Source: an uncultured Omnitrophica bacterium | GTDB lineage: Bacteria; Omnitrophota; Gorgyraeia; JACQQV01 | Reading direction: 5' to 3' | Assembly (NCBI GenBank): GCA_947085655.1 | Contig: CAMTXH010000006.1 | Coordinates: forward strand, 70,498-134,497 | Length of the DNA stretch: 64,000 nucleotides | Translations under genes and position numbers: made by a program | The notes under the pieces: model-generated | Databases searched by the model: none | Told to the model about the DNA's origin: nothing | What the model saw: only the letters and a program-made list of their open reading frames with translations | Shown here: positions 36,794 through 46,468 of the stretch, one piece after another | How positions within the stretch are numbered: the stretch's first letter is position 1 | Layout: each line of letters starts with the position of its first letter

Positions 36794-37819
36794 TTAGACG
36801 CTGAATTTGATGGCGAGGACGTCGCCGTCTTTGACCGGGTACTCCTTCCCTTCCAAACGGAGAAGCCCCTTCTCGCGGAGGGTATTGACCGAACCGTGGT
36901 TGAAAAGGTCATTACAGGAAAAGACCTCTGCTTTGATAAATCCCCTTGCCATGTCGGTGTGAATTTTGCCGGCCGCATCGATCACTGTTCTTCCTTCCTC
37001 AAGCGCCCAAGCCCTTGCCTCATCCCCTACCACCGTAAAAAAGGAGATCGTCTGGAAGGCCTGGAAAGTTGTCTTGAAAAAGGACTCTTTGGCGAGTTGT
37101 TCGATGCCGAGTTCCTTCATAAATGTTTTCCGCTCCGCTTCATCCAGTTCAAGAAGCTCTTTTTCGCTCTTCGCGGAAAATGCTATCCATGGAAGACCGA
37201 GCTTCGCAATCTCCTCCAAACATTGCAATTTTTCTCCGATGCCAGATTCGGCAATGTTGACAATAATCGCCAAGGGTTTCCTGGATAGGAAGGTATAATG
37301 TTTGATCCATTTCTCCTCGTCGGCTGTCAAGGGTAGACTTCGAAGCGGCATCTCTTTTTTCACAGCGTCGCGACATTTGACAAGGACCGGAAGTTCCTTT
37401 TCCCTCTCCTTCCTCCCTTTCTTGAGTTCTTCTTCCAGTTTCCGGGTGGAACTTTCAAGAACCTCCAGATCCTTCAGCAAAAGTTCTGAAGAAATGGCGT
37501 TGAATTCCTCAACCGGATTCGGGGAATCTGTAAAAGCATTCAATACCACCGCAAAACCCTCCGTCTCCCGGACCTGGGCAAAATTCAGTCCCTGATTGGG
37601 TGTCGCGGTCAGTTGGGGCGAATCGACCAGTTCTATGTGGAGATAAGTCTTTTTCTTGGAACGGACGATTTCGGAGAGCCGGTCGAGCCGCTCATCCAAA
37701 AAAGAGAGCGTGGCAATGGATGGTTTCTGGTATTCCGGCGGATGGGCCTGGGGTCCGGCAAGGGCAAAAAAAGCGGTGGTCTTCCCGGATTGGGGGACCC
37801 CGATGAGGGCGATCTTCAT
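36794..37819 (-). CDS. ychF: Obg-family ribosome-binding ATPase YchF homolog (atypical P-loop)
   Basis: Collinear with YchF including the C-terminal TGS-like end (KDGDVLAIKFSV). The G1 motif reads GVPQSGKTT instead of GLPNVGKST. Confidence 0.7.
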   Translation of the reverse strand: MKIALIGVPQSGKTTAFFALAGPQAHPPEYQKPSIATLSFLDERLDRLSEIVRSKKKTYLHIELVDSPQLTATPNQGLNFAQVRETEGFAVVLNAFTDSPNPVEEFNAISSELLLKDLEVLESSTRKLEEELKKGRKEREKELPVLVKCRDAVKKEMPLRSLPLTADEEKWIKHYTFLSRKPLAIIVNIAESGIGEKLQCLEEIAKLGLPWIAFSAKSEKELLELDEAERKTFMKELGIEQLAKESFFKTTFQAFQTISFFTVVGDEARAWALEEGRTVIDAAGKIHTDMARGFIKAEVFSCNDLFNHGSVNTLREKGLLRLEGKEYPVKDGDVLAIKFSV

Positions 37820-37876
37820 GAAACTATTTTAACATAAAAAAGATTGTGTTATGATGGTTTCCTGACGGAGGCACAG

Positions 37877-38488
37877 ATGGGACTTCTCGTACTGGTTCGG
37901 CACGGACAATCTCAGTGGAATCTTGAAAATAAATTCACCGGATGGATTGACGTCCCCCTCACCGAAAAAGGCCGGGAGGAAGCGCGGAAGGGGGCTTTGA
38001 AGATTAAAGCGATCCGTTTCGACAAGGCCTTTACCTCCGCTTTAATCCGTGCCCACCAGACCCTCGATATTATTCTGGAGGCGATTAAGCAGAAAACGAT
38101 TCCCGTCGAAAAGGACCAGGCGCTGAATGAGCGCCATTACGGCGAACTGCAGGGATTAAACAAGGACGAGATGCGCCAAAAATTCGGAGAGAAGCGGGTC
38201 CATCTTTGGCGCCGGAGTTACGATGTGGCGCCTCCCGGCGGGGAAAGTCTCAAAGATACGGCCGCCAGGACCCTTCCTTACTTTAGGAAGAAAATCCTGC
38301 CTGAAGTGAAAGCGGGTAAAAATATTCTTGTTTCGGCCCACGGCAACAGTCTCCGGTCGATCGTGATGGACCTTGATAAACTCTCGAAGGAGGAAGTCAT
38401 CCGACTTGAAATCGCAACTGGTGCCCCCATCGTCTACGAGATCGATCCCTCCGGAAAAATCCTTAAGAAGACTGTTCATGCCCTGTAG
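37877..38488 (+). CDS. gpmA: 2,3-bisphosphoglycerate-dependent phosphoglycerate mutase (short form)
   Basis: LVLVRHGQSQWN catalytic His motif and histidine phosphatase fold. RBS GGAGG upstream of ATG 37877. Confidence 0.85.
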   Translation: MGLLVLVRHGQSQWNLENKFTGWIDVPLTEKGREEARKGALKIKAIRFDKAFTSALIRAHQTLDIILEAIKQKTIPVEKDQALNERHYGELQGLNKDEMRQKFGEKRVHLWRRSYDVAPPGGESLKDTAARTLPYFRKKILPEVKAGKNILVSAHGNSLRSIVMDLDKLSKEEVIRLEIATGAPIVYEIDPSGKILKKTVHAL

Positions 38489-38936
38489 AAAGAGGAAATC
38501 GGATCGGCCAAAAAGGGTAATTCCCGGACCACTGGCCTTCCCGATTCAGCCGGATTTCCCGACCGGTATACTCGGCTGACCTTCGCCTCGCAATAATGGT
38601 AAAATCGTCTCTGCCTCCAATGACCCGATAATCCCACTTTCTTTCTTCCGAAAAGTTCGGCTCTATCAGCAAATTTCTGAACGGCGCCCCCCAGTATTCC
38701 AAACCATCCGAGGCAAATTTCAGATGTTCGTGATAATAAATGAATTCATCGCGGCGGATGATACCGAGAGTATAAAGGGCCTCGACTGTCGCGAATAGCT
38801 CCCTCCAAATAATGACCGGTGCCGGCGGTTCATCCGGTGACGCGTCATTTCCATAACCCGGCAAAGGGAAAAAGAAGAGAGTCGAGAGCAGCACCGCCAA
38901 AAGGAAAGACAAACTTCTTTTGGTTTTTCGAGTCAT
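38463..38936 (-). CDS. hypothetical secreted protein
   Basis: Internal start MTRKTKRSLSFLLAVLLSTLFFFPLPGYG gives a signal peptide. No recognisable domain. Confidence 0.4.
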   Translation of the reverse strand: MTRKTKRSLSFLLAVLLSTLFFFPLPGYGNDASPDEPPAPVIIWRELFATVEALYTLGIIRRDEFIYYHEHLKFASDGLEYWGAPFRNLLIEPNFSEERKWDYRVIGGRDDFTIIARRRSAEYTGREIRLNREGQWSGNYPFWPIRFPLSTGHEQSS

Positions 38937-39766
38937 GATAAAGTCCTCTGCGCATAGACGTACAGATATTGCTGAGCATAGCCGGAAGTTCCACCGAATT
39001 TTTTTTCGGCGAAACGTTGCATTTTCCGGTAAGAGCGGCGCCGGCCCCGAAAATAACACTTCCGAAGAGCCCGCTCAATCCAGACATCGATCGGAAACGC
39101 CTCCATCCTCCCGTACGCAAAAAGGAGAATGCAATCCGCCACCTTTTCTCCCACACCCGGAAGGGTTAAAAGGGCTTCTTTCGCTTCGGCCGTCTCCATC
39201 CGGTGCAATTTTTCCAGACGAAACCTCCCCTCCGAAACGGCCCTTGCCGTTTCCAAAAGATACCGGTCGCGGAAACCGGGGCGGATCGGAAAAAGATCGG
39301 AAGACTTAAGTGCCGCGATTTTCTCCGGTGCCGGAAAGGTATATCGGAGCGCGCCATTCGAACCAACCGGCATCCCGAAGCGGACGGAGAGATTTTCCAC
39401 CAAAGAGGCGATCCGCTTCACGTTGTTAAAAGAAGAAAAAATGTAAGAACCGAGACACTCCCACGGATCCTGTTTCAGAATCCGGAGCCCCCAGAATTCC
39501 TTGAGGGCATCTTCAAGAACAGGGTCTTCCCGGAGAGGAGAAAGCATTTCTTGGAGGTTCAGGTCGAGGGAAAAATACCGGACAATTTCTTCGGGTGGAA
39601 CAGGCGGATCGGTTTCCACAAAAAGAGTATCGCCTTCTTGCGAGACCTTCCAGACCCCATTGCCCACGACGCCGGTGTACCCCTCACCATTTCGCTGCCA
39701 CCGGAACGCCTGCCCGCACTCCAGCGTCTGCCGTAAACTAAAGTCACTTACCCGAAGTATAAGCAT
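38933..39766 (-). CDS. ogg: 8-oxoguanine DNA glycosylase / DNA lyase (HhH-GPD)
   Basis: HhH-GPD motif (LPGVGEKVADCILLF...D) and OGG1-like N-terminal domain. Confidence 0.8.
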   Translation of the reverse strand: MLILRVSDFSLRQTLECGQAFRWQRNGEGYTGVVGNGVWKVSQEGDTLFVETDPPVPPEEIVRYFSLDLNLQEMLSPLREDPVLEDALKEFWGLRILKQDPWECLGSYIFSSFNNVKRIASLVENLSVRFGMPVGSNGALRYTFPAPEKIAALKSSDLFPIRPGFRDRYLLETARAVSEGRFRLEKLHRMETAEAKEALLTLPGVGEKVADCILLFAYGRMEAFPIDVWIERALRKCYFRGRRRSYRKMQRFAEKKFGGTSGYAQQYLYVYAQRTLS

Positions 39767-39838
39767 ATGTTATCTTGTGCCGAGCGGCGACTCAGTACGT
39801 TGTAAGCGAAAAGCGACAGGGTTTGCCGGAGCGACTGT

Positions 39839-39889
39839 CGAAAATCCGACGCATCCTTGACCGCGATCCAGTGTCGCGTCGGATTTTCG
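39839..39889. repeat. 14-bp perfect inverted repeat hairpin (cgaaaatccgacgc / gcgtcggattttcg, 23-nt loop) within an AGCGA-rich intergenic region
   Basis: Read directly. No adjacent U-run, so not a terminator. Confidence 0.6.
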
Positions 39890-39973
39890 TCACAGCGAGC
39901 GGAGATGCGTAATCGAAGCGAGCGACAAGCGGAGGCAACCCTGGCGATTTTCGCTATGCCGAGCGGCTTCCCA

Positions 39974-40534
39974 TCAACTTTGAATTTTGGGAAGGGTGAT
40001 CTCCTTCTGCGCCTGGTATCGTCCCTTCTTATCCTTATAAGAGACCTCGCACACCTCATCCGCCTGAAAGAAAATCACCTGCCCAATTCCCTCATCCGCG
40101 TAGATTTTCGCGGGGAGCGGCGTGGTGTTCAAAATCTGAAGCGTCGCATACCCCTCCCACTCCGGCTCAAAAGGGGTAACGTTGATCAGGATGCCGCAGC
40201 GGGCATAACTCGATTTTCCGACGCAGAGCGTGAGAATATTCCTGGGAATCCGGAAATATTCCACCGTTTTCCCGAGCACAAAAGAATGGGGCGCGATCGT
40301 GCAGATTTTCCCGATAAAATCGGCGAAACAGGCCGGGTCCAGGTGCTTCGGATCGACGAAACTCGCTTTGGTCGGGTTGAAAATTTTGAATTCATCCGAG
40401 AGGGTGATGTCATAACCGTAGGAAGAGATACCGTAGGAAATCACCCCTTTTGAGAGCTGCCTTTCATGAAAGGGCTCGATCATTTTCTCTTTTTCGCACA
40501 TCTTCCGGATCCACCGGTCGTTTTTAATGCTCAT
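39974..40534 (-). CDS. dcd: dCTP deaminase
   Basis: Conserved Dcd sequence (GYDITL...[10 protein letters not shown]...FEPEWEG). Confidence 0.9.
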   Translation of the reverse strand: MSIKNDRWIRKMCEKEKMIEPFHERQLSKGVISYGISSYGYDITLSDEFKIFNPTKASFVDPKHLDPACFADFIGKICTIAPHSFVLGKTVEYFRIPRNILTLCVGKSSYARCGILINVTPFEPEWEGYATLQILNTTPLPAKIYADEGIGQVIFFQADEVCEVSYKDKKGRYQAQKEITLPKIQS

Positions 40535-40609
40535 GCATTTCCTCCGAGGATCAGTTTCCTTAAATATTTAAACGGGAGGGAACCTTCTTTGAGAAGCCGC
40601 GTATGGAAT

Positions 40610-42160
40610 TCACCCAGCTTGAAATGACCCTTTTTTCTTGTAATCCTCCCTTAACCTCAAAATTTCCTGCTTCCCGATCAGATAACTGGACGGCTGGGTC
40701 GGCTCCAACAGATACCGTCTCACCTCTCTGATGGCAGAGTCATGCGCCATCGAGACCTCCCGCTTCAAAAATGCCACTCCCTCCCTTGATGTCATCCGGC
40801 CGGTATGGAGTTGCGAATCGAGGATGACGCGGGAGGATCGCCAGAGATGGTTTTTCATGAGGAGAAGATAGGTCTTCGAATCCGGGTCAAATCCCTCTTC
40901 AAGCATCATCTCTTCGCAATAAAAAGCCCATCCTTCTGCCAGCACATCATCATGCGAAAACTTCCGGATGGGGGAGGGGTGGTCATTCTGCCAGGCGAAC
41001 TGAAGGTGGTGCCCCGGATAGGCCTCGTGGATTACCGTCAGCCGAACTTCCTGGATCGAGTGCTCCCGCAGAAGGGCCCGGATTTTTTTCTTGCTTCCAA
41101 AAGGAGGGGTCACATAGAAAATGCCCTGCGGCTTTTTCTCAAGGGGAGCCGGCGGAAGGTAGGCGGCATACGGGATAATCGGCCGATCATAGACGGGTGT
41201 TTCGGTTACAAGGAGATGATCCTTCCTCGGGAATTTGGCGATCTCTTTCTCCCGGATAAAGCGCCTCACCCGGGAAAGGACCTTTTGGTACTCGCCGACA
41301 AGATGTTTCGGGCTTGGAAGATCCAGCCGGCTTTTATAAAGGATGGAGCGCCAGTCCTGATGGGGATCAATGAGCTTGGCAACCATCCGGATTTTTTTCT
41401 TCGACGATTCCAGTTCCTCCCTTCCCATCTCGTAGAGGGTTTTGGAATTGTAGGGCAGAAGATGCGCCTCTTTCAGCATGAAGTCGAAAAGCTCGCGTCC
41501 GATGGCGGCGGATCCCTTTGCCTTTCGAAAAAGTTTTTTCTTAAGAAAGCGGCTGTATTCTCTGAGGGCGAGGAGAGTTTCCCGCTGCGCCTCCAAAAGG
41601 TCTCTCCGAAGGGATGCGGGCAACCCCGAGTCTTTTGGGACAATGTCTTCAAAGAATTCGATGGCGCTTTCGGTGATTTCATGGGCGGTGTGGACGGCGT
41701 CCTTTGAGCAGACTTTCAGATTCCGCTTGGCCTGTTCCAGAAACCGCGGGATCTGCCGCATCCGGAGACTCAGATTCCGAACCCGTTCCTTCCGCGGCGC
41801 AAAGATCCCGACCACAAGGAAATAACAGGCCTCCGTGCAGTACGTGGCGTAAGAGGCGGGGTCCGTCTCCCAGGGCCTCTGGCGTCTCTCAAGTTCCAAT
41901 CCCGCCCAAAGGTCCTGGCAGAGTGATTCATAATCGATCCGCGTTTCAAAATCGAGTCTTTGGGGGTTTATTTTGCTCCGGAAGGCCCGTAAAAAATCGG
42001 CCTCCCCCCTCAGATACTCTTCGATTCCGTCTTTCGAAAAATCACCGAGGAGATCATCATAAAGATGGTATCCGTAATGGGTCGCCTCCATCGGCCGGGC
42101 CCTGAAAAAGAACCGTTTATAATCGGAAAAGAGTTTGTAGAGTTTTTCCTTCTCGGACAT
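40610..42160 (-). CDS. DUF885 family protein (metallopeptidase-like HExxxGHH)
   Basis: HEAYPGHHLQ motif. Size ~516 aa. Confidence 0.65.
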   Translation of the reverse strand: MSEKEKLYKLFSDYKRFFFRARPMEATHYGYHLYDDLLGDFSKDGIEEYLRGEADFLRAFRSKINPQRLDFETRIDYESLCQDLWAGLELERRQRPWETDPASYATYCTEACYFLVVGIFAPRKERVRNLSLRMRQIPRFLEQAKRNLKVCSKDAVHTAHEITESAIEFFEDIVPKDSGLPASLRRDLLEAQRETLLALREYSRFLKKKLFRKAKGSAAIGRELFDFMLKEAHLLPYNSKTLYEMGREELESSKKKIRMVAKLIDPHQDWRSILYKSRLDLPSPKHLVGEYQKVLSRVRRFIREKEIAKFPRKDHLLVTETPVYDRPIIPYAAYLPPAPLEKKPQGIFYVTPPFGSKKKIRALLREHSIQEVRLTVIHEAYPGHHLQFAWQNDHPSPIRKFSHDDVLAEGWAFYCEEMMLEEGFDPDSKTYLLLMKNHLWRSSRVILDSQLHTGRMTSREGVAFLKREVSMAHDSAIREVRRYLLEPTQPSSYLIGKQEILRLREDYKKKGSFQAG

Positions 42161-42221
42161 CGCCTTTTTTCCATCATACTACAAAAAGAATAGACAGGAA
42201 AGCACAATCCCGCTAAAATAA

Positions 42222-43622
42222 ATGGCCATGAACAAAATCCAAAGGGCCAACTGGGTGCATGAGCTTCTTTTAAAACTTCCCCCCGAAGAGCAACGAAACC
42301 TCCTTCGCCGGGTCCGACAGGTCAGTCACGAGGAGAGAATCCTGTATGAAAAATCGAGGGGAGGGGAGAAGGTGATCGACCTTTTTGTCCGGCCCCGTCT
42401 CCTCTATCCATATCAGTTGGCCTACTGCCGGAGCATCATCCTGGAACTTCAGAAGGCGATCGAGACGATTTACTTCAATTATTTCCATGAACCGATGTTT
42501 CAGGAAATTCTTCCTTTCCACGGCATTGAAAGGGAGCATTTTGTCCGCTTTTATGCCGCCCAGGGCCGCGCCCAAACCGTCATGAGCCGGTGGGATGCCG
42601 TTTCCGATTATAGCGGCGCGAACTGGAAAAGGCACCTTCGGTTTGTCGAATGGAACGGCGTCGGAATCGGCGGGATTTACTATGCGGTTGCGACAGAAGC
42701 AATTATGCGGCGGTCTCTCCTCCCGCTCCTTAAGAAATTGCGTCCCGATCTTCAGATTGTGCGGATGACCGATGCCCGCGAGTTGCTTCTGCGGCAGATC
42801 CTCCGCCATGCCAAAAAGGTGCGTATTTCCTTAAAACGCGTCGCTTTGGTGGAGGAACTCCGTGACCCCGGCGGGCCGCTCGAATTCGAAGAGTTCCGCG
42901 ATTACTTCAAAAAAAGGGGGCTCGATGCGCTCCTTTCGGATGCGCGAGATCTCTCTTTAAGGAAGGGAAAGATTTTTGCGCGCGGAAAAGAGGTCCAGAT
43001 GATTTACCGGGATACGGAGCTTGAAGAAGCCCTTTATATGGAAAAAAAGAAAGAAAACGTCGATGCCTTTAAGGAGGCGTTCCGCCGGAATGCCGCCGTC
43101 TCTTCCTTAATGGGAGAACTTGACCATAAAAGCGCTTTGGAGGTTCTCACCCGGCCCGATCTTGCGGGCACCTTTACCCCGAAGCAGCGCAAAATCTTCC
43201 GCGCCCATGTCACCTGGACAAGGTTGCTTCGCCCCATCAAGACCACCGACCCCTACGGTCGGACGGTCGACCTCTATACGTATGCAAGACGCAAAAAAGA
43301 AACATCGGTGATTAAACCGAACCGGGAATTCGGAGGGGTCGGGGTTATCTTTGGAAGAAAACTTTCACAAAGGGAGTGGGAAAAAGCTTTGGCGAAGGCG
43401 GTCCGCCATCCGGGCACATGGGTGATTCAACATGAGGCCCAAAACCACCCGAAAAAATTTGTCACTTCCCGGAGGGGCAAACTTCAGGAGGAGACGATCA
43501 ATGTCGTCGACGGCCACATCGTCACCCCGGACGGGATCTCCATCATCGGCCGCGGCGCCCGCCATGAGGTTGTCAATGTTGCAAGACAGGGCGGCCTCGT
43601 CGCCACACTCGTGTATCGATAG
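42222..43622 (+). CDS. hypothetical protein, possibly ATP-grasp-like (circularly permuted/GspS-like)
   Basis: 466-aa ORF. Family assignment is tentative. The last 83 bp of the gene are duplicated at 45071-45153. Confidence 0.35.
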   Translation: MAMNKIQRANWVHELLLKLPPEEQRNLLRRVRQVSHEERILYEKSRGGEKVIDLFVRPRLLYPYQLAYCRSIILELQKAIETIYFNYFHEPMFQEILPFHGIEREHFVRFYAAQGRAQTVMSRWDAVSDYSGANWKRHLRFVEWNGVGIGGIYYAVATEAIMRRSLLPLLKKLRPDLQIVRMTDARELLLRQILRHAKKVRISLKRVALVEELRDPGGPLEFEEFRDYFKKRGLDALLSDARDLSLRKGKIFARGKEVQMIYRDTELEEALYMEKKKENVDAFKEAFRRNAAVSSLMGELDHKSALEVLTRPDLAGTFTPKQRKIFRAHVTWTRLLRPIKTTDPYGRTVDLYTYARRKKETSVIKPNREFGGVGVIFGRKLSQREWEKALAKAVRHPGTWVIQHEAQNHPKKFVTSRRGKLQEETINVVDGHIVTPDGISIIGRGARHEVVNVARQGGLVATLVYR

Positions 43623-43762
43623 GGACTGTCCCCCATATTCTCCTCCGAGTCGCTTCTGTGGGGGGACTGTCCCTAAGAGTAAATCCTTATTTACTGTCCC
43701 CCATACTGACGAGGGTGTTAGTAAGAAGGATACACTAGTCCCCTTAAAAGGGACTTAGTCCC
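43620..43762. repeat. GGGACTGTCCC-type palindromic repeat cluster (copy A)
   Basis: TAGGGACTGTCCCCCATA ... TGTGGGGGGACTGTCCCTAAGAGTAAATCCTTATTTACTGTCCCCCATA plus AGTCCCCTTAAAAGGGACT. The same units recur at 45151-45263 and 46412-46468. Confidence 0.8.
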
Positions 43763-43846
43763 GCAAGGTGTGGAATTCTTCTTGACAGACCCTGAAGGGT
43801 CGTGTAATATGAATATTGGATATTCAAAATATACATAGGCGCATTC

Positions 43847-45046
43847 ATGAAGATTCAAAGAATTCTGGCGAAAAAGCTTCTTTTGTCCGTGAAGCGTTTC
43901 CCGGTGGTGACCGTCACCGGACCCCGTCAATCGGGCAAAACCACACTGGTTCGTGGTGAACTCCGGAACTACGCGTATCTCTCATTGGAATCCCCCGACC
44001 ATCGCGCTTTTGCCTTAGAGGACCCCAAAGGATTCCTGAAGCAGTTTAACGGACCTGTCATCCTGGATGAGGTCCAGCGCACGCCGGATCTATTTTCCTA
44101 TATCCAGGTAGCCGTCGATGAGCGAGATCGTCCGGGGCAATTCATCCTGACAGGATCGCATCATTTTCTCCTCTTACAGACGATTTCACAGTCTCTGGCC
44201 GGACGGTGCGCTGTTCTGCATCTACTCCCCTTTTCTTTGGCGGAACTGTTTGGCCGTCAAAGTGCTTCGATGGAAAAACTGGGAAAAAGAGTTTCCTCCC
44301 CTGGCCCTCTTCCCCGTCGATCTCTTGTGGAATATCTTTTCTCCGGATTTTACCCGAGGATTCATGATAAAAGGCTTCCTCCCCGCGACTGGCTGGGGAG
44401 TTACTACCAGACCTATCTGGAGCGGGATGTCCGAAATGTCCTGAAAGTGGGGGATCTTGAGGCATTTAGCCGATTTGTCCATCTTTGCGCCGGACGGAAC
44501 GGGCAGTTGCTGAATCTTGTAGGGCTTGCTTCCGATTGCGGCATCACGCATACCACGGCGAGACGGTGGATTTCCGTCTTGGAAGCAAGTTTCCTGATTG
44601 TGCTCCTTCGGCCCCATCACCGAAATTTCGGAAAGCGGCTTGTCAAAAGCCCGAAGATTTATTTTTTGGACACGGGGCTTCTCTGCTTCTTGCTCGGAAT
44701 CCGATCTCCGCGGGAGCTCCATGCGCATGGCGCGCGCGGCGCCATTTTTGAGAGCCTTGTGTTTTCGGAGTTCTATAAGAATTTCGTCCACCGGGGGGAG
44801 CGGCCTTCCATTTATTTCTGGAGAGATGCTAGGGGACATGAGATCGATTTCCTCATCGACGCAGGCGGGCGTTTGCTACCGGTTGAAGCGAAGTCGGGTC
44901 GGACAGTTTCCGAGAACTTCTTTGATGAAATCGTCTACTGGAGGAGTCTTGCGGGACAGCGGAAAGCGCCGGCTGCTTTGATCTATGGGGGGGATCAGCC
45001 GTTACTGCGTCAAGGGGTAGCGATTCATCCCTGGTTTACGCTGTAA
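43847..45046 (+). CDS. AAA family ATPase with C-terminal DUF4143 (COG1373-type)
   Basis: Walker A (GPRQSGKTT) and Walker B (ILDEVQ). C-terminal region typical of DUF4143 proteins. Confidence 0.75.
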   Translation: MKIQRILAKKLLLSVKRFPVVTVTGPRQSGKTTLVRGELRNYAYLSLESPDHRAFALEDPKGFLKQFNGPVILDEVQRTPDLFSYIQVAVDERDRPGQFILTGSHHFLLLQTISQSLAGRCAVLHLLPFSLAELFGRQSASMEKLGKRVSSPGPLPRRSLVEYLFSGFYPRIHDKRLPPRDWLGSYYQTYLERDVRNVLKVGDLEAFSRFVHLCAGRNGQLLNLVGLASDCGITHTTARRWISVLEASFLIVLLRPHHRNFGKRLVKSPKIYFLDTGLLCFLLGIRSPRELHAHGARGAIFESLVFSEFYKNFVHRGERPSIYFWRDARGHEIDFLIDAGGRLLPVEAKSGRTVSENFFDEIVYWRSLAGQRKAPAALIYGGDQPLLRQGVAIHPWFTL

Positions 45047-45070
45047 TCATCCATTATTCTTCGACTATCC

Positions 45071-45153
45071 CCATCATCGGCCGCAGCGCCCGCCATGAGG
45101 TTGTCAATGTTGCAAGACAGGGCGGCCTCGTCGCCACGCTGGTGTATCAATAG
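45071..45153 (+). pseudogene. duplicated 3' tail of the upstream ATP-grasp-like gene (83 bp, ~5 mismatches, ends in the same TAG)
   Basis: Aligns to 43540-43622. Would encode ...IIGRSARHEVVNVARQGGLVATLVYQ*. Confidence 0.75.
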
Positions 45154-45263
45154 GGACTGTCCCTAAGAGTAAATCCTTATTTACTGTCCCCCATACGCTT
45201 CTCTGAATCGCTTCTGTGGGGGGACTGTCCCTAAGAGTAAATCCTTATTTACTGTCCCCCATA
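45151..45263. repeat. GGGACTGTCCC-type palindromic repeat cluster (copy B, two tandem units)
   Basis: Two copies of GGGACTGTCCCTAAGAGTAAATCCTTATTTACTGTCCCCCATA separated by cgcttctctgaatcgcttctgtgg. Confidence 0.8.
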
Positions 45264-45395
45264 TAGTCCGCAGTTCGGAGTTTATAGTTCGTAGAAATAT
45301 TATGAGTGAAAGACTTCCCCGACATTTTTCCTTGACATCGCCTCCAGTCATAACTTACAATAATCATTGTAATAATTAACAATGGAGGGCGATGG

Positions 45396-45938
45396 ATGAT
45401 CAGTCTCCGATCCCAGATGACACAGAAAGTCCTTGGATACCTCATGCTCCATGAGGACTCGGAGCTCTATGTCAACGAAATGGCACGCCGCCTAGAGGTG
45501 GATCCGGGAAACCTCATTCGGAAGCTCAAAGAACTGGAGGAAGAAGGTCTTCTCAAAAGCCGCACAAGAGGAAAAGAACGCTATTATTCTCTCAACACCT
45601 CTTTTGCTCTCTTTAAAGAATACAAAAAGATCATCCTGAAAACAGTGGGTCTGGAACACCTCCTCAAAGAGGCGATCCGGAAGATAAAAGGCATTCAGGC
45701 GGCGTGGCTTTTCGGCTCCTATGCCAGGGATAAGATGGATGCTTCAAGCGATGTTGATCTTCTCCTCGTAGGGACACATGACGCCGTGGATGCCCAAAGG
45801 AAAATCGCTCCAATCCAAAAATCCATTGATCGGGAGATCAACGTCGTGAGCATGAGTCCAAAGGAATACCAAAAAGGCCGGGGAAGCCATTCCCTTCTTA
45901 AATCGATCCGGAAAAGCCGGCACATTCAACTCCTATGA
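45396..45938 (+). CDS. nucleotidyltransferase (MNT-type) with N-terminal winged-HTH
   Basis: GSYARDKMDASSDVDLLLV minimal NTase motif. N-terminal HTH-like segment. Confidence 0.7.
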   Translation: MISLRSQMTQKVLGYLMLHEDSELYVNEMARRLEVDPGNLIRKLKELEEEGLLKSRTRGKERYYSLNTSFALFKEYKKIILKTVGLEHLLKEAIRKIKGIQAAWLFGSYARDKMDASSDVDLLLVGTHDAVDAQRKIAPIQKSIDREINVVSMSPKEYQKGRGSHSLLKSIRKSRHIQLL

Positions 45939-46345
45939 CGTTTGAACAAGGATACTTTCGGGAATTTAAATTTACCAAAGCGCAAATTGCTCAGTATGTT
46001 CGGAATGCCGGTCGCGACCTGCAAATTGCCAAAGAAGATTCCCATCTTGAGGTCCGGTTCACGTATAGTTACCAAGCACTCATCAAAATCGCCATTGCGC
46101 TCGTTGCCAAGGAAGGGTATAGGGTCCGCAGTATTCCGGGGCATCATGTGAAGTTGTTGGCGAAAGCATCCGAACCTTTGAAGGATCCCGATGTCTTGGC
46201 GATCGGAGACGCCATGCGGACAAGGAGAAACGATGACTTCTATGGGGAAGGAATTTTAATTACCGAGAAAGAAGCGACGGATTACCTTGAATTTGTTCGG
46301 CGCATCCTCACCAAAGCCGAACACCTCATCCAAGGTAAGTCCTAA
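45935..46345 (+). CDS. HEPN domain protein (partner of the upstream MNT; type II/VII TA-like pair)
   Basis: 4-bp overlap with the MNT gene. Helical ~136-aa protein with an Rx4-6H-like segment (RSIPGHH). Assignment by context and size. Confidence 0.55.
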   Translation: MTFEQGYFREFKFTKAQIAQYVRNAGRDLQIAKEDSHLEVRFTYSYQALIKIAIALVAKEGYRVRSIPGHHVKLLAKASEPLKDPDVLAIGDAMRTRRNDDFYGEGILITEKEATDYLEFVRRILTKAEHLIQGKS

Positions 46346-46411
46346 AACATTTGAAGCAAGAGGAAACTTCTAGTCTTCCGGATACTAGAAGATCTCCCCT
46401 TTAAAGTTTCG

Positions 46412-46468
46412 TAGGGACTGTCCCCCATACTCTTCCCAGAGTCACTTCTGTGGGGGGACTGTCCCTAC
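46412..46468. repeat. GGGACTGTCCC-type palindromic element (copy C), abutting the kamA stop codon
   Basis: TAGGGACTGTCCCCCATA-(21 nt)-TGTGGGGGGACTGTCCCTA. Flanked by a ~34-bp imperfect duplication of the kamA 3' tail (46369-46411 vs 46476-46520). Confidence 0.8.

Noticed and set aside
39748-40059. 103-aa Arg-rich minus-strand ORF
   Set aside because: Covers the structured dcd-ogg spacer and overlaps the dcd 3' end. Low-complexity translation of the AGCGA-rich DNA.
43620-46468. CRISPR array hypothesis for the recurring GGGACTGTCCC... palindromic repeats
   Set aside because: Only three loci with irregular spacing of 1.2-1.5 kb containing full genes. Repeat units vary in length. No cas genes in the window. 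Better explained as REP/MITE-like elements.
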